IMG/VR virus record: IMGVR_UViG_3300035698_013060
Coordinates: 1-64,000 of that record
Direction: 5' to 3' (one strand)
DNA: 64,000 nt
The first letter of the stretch is position 1. Every line of letters begins with the position of its first letter. A model generated the notes under the pieces. It was given only the letters and a program-made list of their open reading frames with translations, was not told where the DNA came from and ran no database searches. This document shows, piece after piece, positions 48,564 to 55,598 of this stretch. The position numbers and the translations under genes are program-made.

Positions 48564-48566
48564 GAT

Positions 48567-49733
48567 ATGTTATTTTACAGCGAAGTTAATAGTATTCCAA
48601 CGAACTGGGAACCTATTGATGAAATGGCTTTCCCTTTCTTTGGGACTATGGACCTGTACCATGGATCCAGATACGAGATCAATGGAGGTTTCCTTGACGC
48701 TCAAATGTGGGTCAGTAGTAATAATCTAGAGGAAAACTCTGGGTTGGGAGTATTCTTTTAGGATAACAAGGCTTCTGCTGCTAACTGGGCTCTAGAAACA
48801 TACGCTAACTGGGTATTTGACGAGTACAGGAAGTCTAAGACTAAGAAGGTTCTTACGTTCAAGAAAGTACGATACGCCGGAGGGTATATACTTCCTATTT
48901 TCGCTACGAGACCTAACGCTAGTGAACTTTTGATCATGGACGACAATGATTCAGCTTGGGATGGATTCTATTCTGAGAACGAGGATAGCTCGAAGTTCTT
49001 AGATAAAGACGGCAATAGGAATCTGATGGGGGGATTTGTAGATTGGTTGTGGACACATAAGAAACACAATAACAAACTTTGGATCTTCAAAGCTACTGAG
49101 AATAGGAGTAATATCACTCACGGTCATAGCCTAGATTACTCTGAATACACTGTTGTTCAGGACAAAGTGAAGATACAGTCTAAGAAGAGTATAAGTCCTA
49201 GTGACTTGAAAAGACCGAGAGTAGTTAGTGGTGGTGAATTCTACCATTATTTCCAAAGCGAACGTATATTCGGTAGAATATTCCTCAGTCCGAAAAAGTC
49301 GATACATAATCTCAACACTTCTAGGATAATCGCTGGAGAGGCGAAGGTGGTGGGGACCAAAAATGTGATGCGTGTTGATGATCCGAGAAGAATAGCTCAC
49401 ATCAAAATGAGGAACTACATATTCTCCGATGGAATTGGACTGACGTTTAAGGAAGCTTCTGGAGGATATAGTCCAAAAAGTGATGTGAAGGAAGGCTACA
49501 GAGATGTAGTTTTGAAGGGTGGAATTGACAGAACAGCTCTCGTAGCTGCTGTTAAAGCTGCTCTTAACACTGAGCTTGTGAACGAAGAAATCATAGTTTT
49601 AGTATACGTCCCATCTGATTCCCAGATAATAAAATGGGGTAGAATCAGGATTATGAGCTTCCAGAAGAAAAAGAAGGGTGGAGTCTTTCTTGTGATTACC
49701 AACCCTAAAAAGTTTTACTGTTTGGGGAAGTAA
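48567..49733 (+). pseudogene. MLFY-family protein with ADP-ribosyltransferase-like N-terminal motifs, interrupted by one in-frame TAG (48759-48761)
   Basis: ORFs 48567-48761 and 48930-49733 are one frame with no other stop; LYHGS...GLGVFF*DNKASAANWA. Confidence 0.65.
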
Positions 49734-49735
49734 TC

Positions 49736-50365
49736 ATGCTTTTCTACAACAAAGACATCATTACTGAAGTAGTACACGGAAGTTTAAAGCTTCCGGTATC
49801 TACTCCGGAAGAGCTCTTAGAGTGGATGGACAGACTCGAATACGGGTGGATCGGTAAAGATGGAACAGAGCATTCTTCACCAAAAGGCGACAGTGACATC
49901 TTCGAGAAATGGTGGGACGAGTATGCTCTTCTACTTCCAAAGGACGTCGCTAAGAAAAAGATAGGGACGTGCTACGAGCAGACTATTTTTGCGGCTCACG
50001 TCTTCAAAACCCAGTTCGAGATACAACACAAACTTGTTCATATTCAGCAGTACCTTACCAGCAATCATGCTTTCCTAGTCTTTAAAAGAGACAGGAAGTG
50101 GTACCACTTCGAGCATTCCTTCGCCATGTTCAGAGGGATACATGGTCCATTCAACTCAGTGAAAGAGATCGCTGAGAGGGTCTACGTGATGATGAACTCT
50201 CATACCCAGGGAGGCCATGGATTTGAATGGCATTACATGGATCCGAAGAAGTTTAAGAAGAAGATGTCAGCTCGAGAATTCTATAGAGAAGTGAAATACA
50301 ACTGGAAATACTCCGAAGGGGATACCTCTAAGGAACCTCTTGAAACTGAACCCAAGGAGACATGA
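49736..50365 (+). CDS. MLFY-family transglutaminase/papain-like protein
   Basis: GTCYEQ (Cys), NHAFLVF (His), WYHFE (acid) triad. Confidence 0.75.
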   Translation: MLFYNKDIITEVVHGSLKLPVSTPEELLEWMDRLEYGWIGKDGTEHSSPKGDSDIFEKWWDEYALLLPKDVAKKKIGTCYEQTIFAAHVFKTQFEIQHKLVHIQQYLTSNHAFLVFKRDRKWYHFEHSFAMFRGIHGPFNSVKEIAERVYVMMNSHTQGGHGFEWHYMDPKKFKKKMSAREFYREVKYNWKYSEGDTSKEPLETEPKET

Positions 50366-51408
50366 ATATGATCGTTGGAATTGAAGAAAAAGTAAAAGAA
50401 GCCTCCGAGATGGATGCCATGCTCGAGGCTGCCCTGGAATTCCTTGACAAGGTTGCTGTCGTCGAGGGAACCAGTGAGCTCATGATGATGGAAGAGAGCA
50501 AGGAGCTCTTGGAAGCAATGGGTTTTGACGAGGGCGATATTACTCTCACTGAGGACTCTGAGTTCTACGAGGAGCTACTTGACGAGGGATTCAAATCATC
50601 CTTTGGAAAGTACTTCGGTAGGATGATTGGCAAGGGATCTGCTAAGGGAACAGAAGTAGCCGTTCCAGATACAGGGGGTTTCGCTGTAGAAAGAGCTGCA
50701 TCGAAAGCTGCTGGAGAACAAGCTAAAGCTCCGAAGAAGTCAATAGCTAACAGATTGATCGATTACGCAATGAAACCTATGCGTAAGGCTGTAGGAGAAG
50801 GAGCTAAAGATGCGGGGGATCAGGCTGCTGAAGGAGCTAAAGAGAATATCAAGGAATGGAAGAAGGAAATAGAAACCAAGGTACAGGACGCCAAGTCCGA
50901 AGCCTTGAGAAAAGCCTACTTCCTCGGAGGAGCCTCCCTTGTCGGTACTGCTGCGTCTTCAGCGATCCTTTATGACAAGAACAAGCTGATCGAAGATTCC
51001 AAGAGCTTCGTCAAACAAGTGCAGTTTCTCAGGAACTCAGCCACTGGTAATAGCGGAGAACTAAAGATTCAAGAGACCAGTATTCGCAAGAAAATAGGTC
51101 TCTTCATTCGGTTCTTCATCGAAGGCCTTGTGATAGCGATTTCATCAGCCCTGCTCGGAGGAGCGTTCGCCCTTATTTCGTTCCCTCTTGCCGTCGCTGT
51201 TGCTGTCTTAGTCCCGATCATCGCATCGATGCTTACCACAATGAAGAGAGGTGAAGCCGTCTCTGTCATGGTAAACAACGAGATCAAGGATTTTGACAGA
51301 TTCATGAAGTCAACGTCCGGAAAGCAACTTTCCAGAATCCAAAAGAAGTCACTGACAAAGTCCAGAGACAACTTGATGGAACTACAAAGAAGGCTGGTGA
51401 CAGGATGA
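50362..51408 (+). CDS. Putative ejected/head protein with acidic propeptide and hydrophobic helices
   Basis: Acidic N-terminal ~75 aa ending LTE/LDE; C-terminal hydrophobic hairpin. Confidence 0.7.
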   Translation: MNMIVGIEEKVKEASEMDAMLEAALEFLDKVAVVEGTSELMMMEESKELLEAMGFDEGDITLTEDSEFYEELLDEGFKSSFGKYFGRMIGKGSAKGTEVAVPDTGGFAVERAASKAAGEQAKAPKKSIANRLIDYAMKPMRKAVGEGAKDAGDQAAEGAKENIKEWKKEIETKVQDAKSEALRKAYFLGGASLVGTAASSAILYDKNKLIEDSKSFVKQVQFLRNSATGNSGELKIQETSIRKKIGLFIRFFIEGLVIAISSALLGGAFALISFPLAVAVAVLVPIIASMLTTMKRGEAVSVMVNNEIKDFDRFMKSTSGKQLSRIQKKSLTKSRDNLMELQRRLVTG

Positions 51409-51770
51409 TTTTTTATGACAAAACGGATACAAGTAAAACTACCATTGGTGGGTCCGATGATCTTGTCGAGATCTTCGCTGAAATGACTTTCCATGAAGCG
51501 AAAGATGTCGAGCTTCTCAATGAGATTCCTAAGCCGACGCTTGGAGAAGGTGAGTGGGCTGTCGCTAAAAGGGTGAAGATCAAACACCGCAAGCGCAATC
51601 CTCGTACCGGCCGGATGAAGAAATTCAAGCAGCTTCAGTGGATTAAGACCAAGATCTCTCCGGAACAGCGGACCTTCAGGAATATGCCTAGATACGCTGA
51701 CAAGAAAGTCCATGGTTCATTTCTCAGACTGGTTGGGATTGACGAAGGGTGGCGGCAAGGCTGTGAGTAA
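51405..51770 (+). CDS. MIFY-family protein (possibly 5' part of a frameshifted gene)
   Basis: MIFYDK start, LNE site, basic domain; overlaps the next ORF by 59 nt. Confidence 0.65.
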   Translation: MIFYDKTDTSKTTIGGSDDLVEIFAEMTFHEAKDVELLNEIPKPTLGEGEWAVAKRVKIKHRKRNPRTGRMKKFKQLQWIKTKISPEQRTFRNMPRYADKKVHGSFLRLVGIDEGWRQGCE

Positions 51771-52251
51771 TTACAGAACTGTTGACGCTGTTACTGGGAA
51801 ACTTATCAAAGAACCCGGAAGAATCAGTGTGGCGTCATATGAAAAGATATCTCAAAAACAGGGAATGATTTTCAAACCGTCGTCAATAATAGCAATCGAT
51901 CCAGGTGGAGAGTTTACTGCTGCTATCTGGTTGGAGTCTATCTATAGGTATATGGCTTTCTCAGCTTTCAATATGAAAGGAGAGAGTCTCGTTGACAAAA
52001 TGGCCAAACGGTTGAAGAAATCTCTTATGGTCAACAAGTATTGGGGTAAGCTCTCCGAGCTGATAGATCATCTCGAATACTACAAATCTTTGGAGCCGGA
52101 CGAAGAGTGGATTGCTGTACTCAGGGCCTTGAAAAGCAAAAATCATTTCGTGAAAGCAGCATTGGCTGATCTAGAATCGAAAGATGAAGTGAAGTTTGAC
52201 AAGAGTCTTATCAGGGCCTTGAAAAAGGAATCCTCAAGTAGGAAGAATTGA
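51712..52251 (+). CDS. Hypothetical protein (possibly 3' part of the gene starting at 51405)
   Basis: No clear RBS; +1 frame relative to the upstream ORF. Confidence 0.55.
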   Translation: MVHFSDWLGLTKGGGKAVSNYRTVDAVTGKLIKEPGRISVASYEKISQKQGMIFKPSSIIAIDPGGEFTAAIWLESIYRYMAFSAFNMKGESLVDKMAKRLKKSLMVNKYWGKLSELIDHLEYYKSLEPDEEWIAVLRALKSKNHFVKAALADLESKDEVKFDKSLIRALKKESSSRKN

Positions 52252-52350
52252 CGTAAAGAAAGAAAGTACTTGGTGCTGTCACCGGACATCTTATCCATGA
52301 ACAACTCATTGCTCTGAATTCGAACTAAACAAACTGGAGAGGTAAGAGAA

Positions 52351-52719
52351 ATGCTGTTTTACGCAAAAGAACAAGAAGATGGAGAGCTCCTGGACGAGAT
52401 GTTCGGCGGCATTGGCTCTTGGCTCAAGCGCAATTGGCTCGGTAAGGATGAAGACCTCCTTACCGACATCAAAGACAAGATGAAGTCTGAGATCAAGACT
52501 CAGGAAGACAAGGACGAAGCTCTCGAGGATCTTGATGAGATCATCGATGCGACTCCGTCCTCCGGTAAGATCAGTTGGGGAGACGTTGCTTCCTTCTTGA
52601 TGACCAGTGGATGGATCTACCTCGTTATACGCATTATCCATGGACAGTCCAAGACGTCCAAGGATTTTCGGAAGAATCTCATGGACCTGCGGAGCAAGAT
52701 CAAGGCCATGAAGGTCTAG
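52351..52719 (+). CDS. MLFY-family putative head protein
   Basis: MLFYAKEQEDGELLDE; own late promoter at 52300-52311. Confidence 0.8.
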   Translation: MLFYAKEQEDGELLDEMFGGIGSWLKRNWLGKDEDLLTDIKDKMKSEIKTQEDKDEALEDLDEIIDATPSSGKISWGDVASFLMTSGWIYLVIRIIHGQSKTSKDFRKNLMDLRSKIKAMKV

Positions 52720-52898
52720 TAGCTCGAGAATTGAACATTTGATTGAGAGGACCAGAAGCTGCCGCGGGTCATCTCCTTTCTGCGACTAGCCCCACGGGTA
52801 AACCCCGTGGGGCTGGTTTTTTCCGAAGCGTGCCAACTAGGCGCTTCGGGCACATATTACGCCGACGTCCTGAGTCAACTCTAACAAAGGAGGTCGGT

Positions 52899-53597
52899 AT
52901 GATGAAGAGACTGAGGGAAGATGCGTCCACGATAAGGCGTATGTGGAAGCTGTTACTGTCGGACTTCGTTGTCGGCTTCGTATCGGCTGTGTTCATGGCT
53001 GTTTTCTTCAAACTCAAAGGAGAGTATTTGACGCTATCAACTATCGCTATGTTGGGATGCTTTGGCAGTTCAGCTGGAATACTCAGACCGATGTTCGCTA
53101 AAACGAGTTTGAAACGTCTCAGGACATGGGCTATAGCATTGGACCTTCTTAGTTCGTTCACCATGGTAGCGTTTGTATTCGTGAAGAATCCTCTGTGTTT
53201 AATCATAGCGACGATCAACAACATTGGAGTGGGAACGACATACGGAGCTATGGACGATGGTATTGAGCATAGCATTATGGAGGCAGGAATAATGTATCGA
53301 GTCCATAAGTCATGGGCTAGAACATTTGGGTGTGCCGGAGCTCTAACGGGAGGACTTGCTCTCACTTTATTGAATGGTATGGGACTAGTTGACAGCGATA
53401 CTGCTCTAGCATTTGCCTGCTCAGTCAATATACTGGTCCTACCAGTGACGTGGTGGGCTGTCGAAGAGTGGGTGAGGCGAATGCTTACTCTTCTGATACA
53501 TATTAGTAATTTAGACTGGAATGGTTTCAGTCTGTCGCAGGAGGCTCTAGGTGAACATCACCGAGACAATCCAGCGGGCAATAGCAGCGACCCGTGA
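52899..53597 (+). CDS. MFS-like membrane protein (single ~6-TM half)
   Basis: AAGGAGGT RBS, early promoter at 52853-52860; about 6 hydrophobic helices; 3' end runs through the next promoter and is uncertain. Confidence 0.6.
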   Translation: MMKRLREDASTIRRMWKLLLSDFVVGFVSAVFMAVFFKLKGEYLTLSTIAMLGCFGSSAGILRPMFAKTSLKRLRTWAIALDLLSSFTMVAFVFVKNPLCLIIATINNIGVGTTYGAMDDGIEHSIMEAGIMYRVHKSWARTFGCAGALTGGLALTLLNGMGLVDSDTALAFACSVNILVLPVTWWAVEEWVRRMLTLLIHISNLDWNGFSLSQEALGEHHRDNPAGNSSDP

Positions 53598-54078
53598 GGT
53601 CATTCCTGACTACTTCGAGTCGACCCTGGTGATGCATCGTCAGGGCTCCGGCAAGGAGCAAGGGAGTGTCTTTGTGGGCTTCGGTTCCGATAAGGAACTT
53701 GAGGACGCGCTTGTGGCAGCCGAGTGGGAGTCTTACTCTCACCCGGACGTCATGGAAGGCTGTGAAGCCTTCAGAGCGCCAATCGAGGGACTACTCGGTA
53801 CCGTCGATCTCGCAGCTCTGCCCGGCGACCACGTCGTCATCCTCGAGGATCCGAAGGAGACCGGTCAGGTCTCTGCGGTGGTTCGAGGAGTTCCAGCTGA
53901 GAAGGTGGCGTTCTGCGCCATCATACTCGGTTTGGAGCAGGAGAAGACCGTGGTATTCACGGTTCATCCTGGCGATCCCGTCCGCCCTTCTCAGGTACCC
54001 GCGCAGGACCTGGCTGGGAAGACGGTTACCGTAAAGGAAGCCCTGGAACTGGGTCTCCCGATCGGTAAGTTCGCCTAG
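53551..54078 (+). CDS. Hypothetical early protein
   Basis: GGAGG RBS + GTG; promoter at 53499-53506; VFTVHPGDP. Confidence 0.8.
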   Translation: MNITETIQRAIAATREVIPDYFESTLVMHRQGSGKEQGSVFVGFGSDKELEDALVAAEWESYSHPDVMEGCEAFRAPIEGLLGTVDLAALPGDHVVILEDPKETGQVSAVVRGVPAEKVAFCAIILGLEQEKTVVFTVHPGDPVRPSQVPAQDLAGKTVTVKEALELGLPIGKFA

Positions 54079-54352
54079 TCAACCTTCGGGTTGTACGAAG
54101 CGGAGTGGTCACTCGACTGGCTATTTGCTCACCGTACATACGGTGGCGGTAAGACCTGCCTAAAAATTGGTCAGTGCAGCCACGCAGAGCTACCATGCCT
54201 GCACAAGCCCTGAATGGCAATCAGGAAAAGGAGTGCGCCGGTTGCCAACCGCAGCTGCTCTCCTTTTTCTATGCCCCGTAGCTATACGCTTTTCGGTCTC
54301 ATATTACCGCATTGACTTGAAGAAACACGGAAACGAAAACTGGAGAAGATCA

Positions 54353-54820
54353 ATGCACAGCAGTAACAGAATCCTCAAGGCTCTTGGTGAAATCGCAGAA
54401 GTGATGACTGAGGTCGCTATAACTCCCGTCATACGGGAAGAAATCGTGGTGGTTCCCCGGGTACGGACAGTTCCTGTTCGCCGCATGGTAGTAGACACTG
54501 GCAGTGAAGAGATCGACGCCGCCCTCTGGATCCTGTACAACTGGAACCATAGTGACTGGTTGTCTGAACTGCGGGATGCCGAGGACGTCATCTGTCGGTA
54601 CTTGGAGCGGGCATACTGTCCCAACTCCAAGGAAACAGAAGTCGCCCGTGCCGTCCTGCTCTGCCCCAATCGACGTCAGATGTGGTCCAGTATTGTCAGG
54701 GCAGCTGAGAAGGTGATCGAGCGGGACAGCCGTCGGAGCCGCCAGGTCGTGGTTGAGCGTGTGGTGGTTCGCCGCCGTCGCAGTACCAGCCTCTTGGAAG
54801 AACTCCTCCGCACTCTCTAA
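54353..54820 (+). CDS. Hypothetical Arg/Val-rich early protein
   Basis: GGAG RBS; promoter at 54300-54307. Confidence 0.7.
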   Translation: MHSSNRILKALGEIAEVMTEVAITPVIREEIVVVPRVRTVPVRRMVVDTGSEEIDAALWILYNWNHSDWLSELRDAEDVICRYLERAYCPNSKETEVARAVLLCPNRRQMWSSIVRAAEKVIERDSRRSRQVVVERVVVRRRRSTSLLEELLRTL

Positions 54821-54954
54821 CGGAAAGGGACCGGTCAGGAGCCGGAAAGGGCCTTCGGGCCCTCCTTTCTTCTATGATCCAACGTATGTGTAGAAGTGTC
54901 ATATACATATTATGGGACTATACTGAGTTAGTCTCTAGCTCTAAACCACAATTT

Positions 54955-55004
54955 GGCGAGGACCCTTTCTCCCTCCCTCCACCATTCCCTAGAGGGTCCT
55001 CGCC
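54955..55004 (+). ncRNA. Hairpin with C-rich (anti-SD-like) loop, copy 2
   Basis: 12-14-bp stem GGCGAGGACCCT/AGGGTCCTCGCC; loop contains TCCCTCCCTCC. Confidence 0.55.
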
Positions 55005-55031
55005 TCCCATTCCAACAAGGAGATTTGAAAG

Positions 55032-55502
55032 ATGAAGATTTGTATGGTTCTAGCAATGGTCTTCGCCGTCTCATGTACAGCGCAGGACAACACAGTAGCA
55101 CGTGTGATCTTCGCTGAAGCCGCCAATGCTGATCACTTGGAGAAGAAACTCGTGATGAGTGTGATCCTGAACCGGGTAGGACATATAGGTTTTGGTCGCA
55201 TTGAGTCGACACGAGGTGTAGTCCTCCAGTCGAAGGCCTTCTCATGTGTCAACGGGAAGGGTAGTACCCTTTGGACTATCTCAGGTAACCCGTCGAAGAT
55301 CGATGGGTTAAATCGAGATACCTGGAAAGAGTGTTTAGATGTAGCTAAGATGACAGTCCCGCTCAGGACTGATATTGTATACTATCATGATCACTCGATC
55401 AAAAAACCATCCAGTTGGAACAACGCATACTGGAACGCCATCGAAGTGGTAAGGACGAAGAAATTCGTCTTTTACCGTGTCGAAGAACAAAAGCATCAAT
55501 GA
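55032..55502 (+). CDS. Cell wall hydrolase, SleB/Hydrolase_2 family, with signal peptide
   Basis: VARVIFAEA (catalytic Glu), VMSVILNRV, AFSCVN, YYH...PSSW, FVFY; N-terminal hydrophobic signal ending VSC. Confidence 0.88.
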   Translation: MKICMVLAMVFAVSCTAQDNTVARVIFAEAANADHLEKKLVMSVILNRVGHIGFGRIESTRGVVLQSKAFSCVNGKGSTLWTISGNPSKIDGLNRDTWKECLDVAKMTVPLRTDIVYYHDHSIKKPSSWNNAYWNAIEVVRTKKFVFYRVEEQKHQ

Positions 55503-55598
55503 TGATCCTCCGCCTGGTAGGAGCCCCACCCGGGGCTCCTGCTTTTTCGTTTTCATCCAACAAAAAATAGACAAATTAGTACAACAGGAGGAACTGTC

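Noticed and set aside
54151-54161. B12-box-like AAGACCTGCC
   Set aside because: Upstream GGGAA...GGTG and GCCACTG elements are absent, and it lies 3' of a gene
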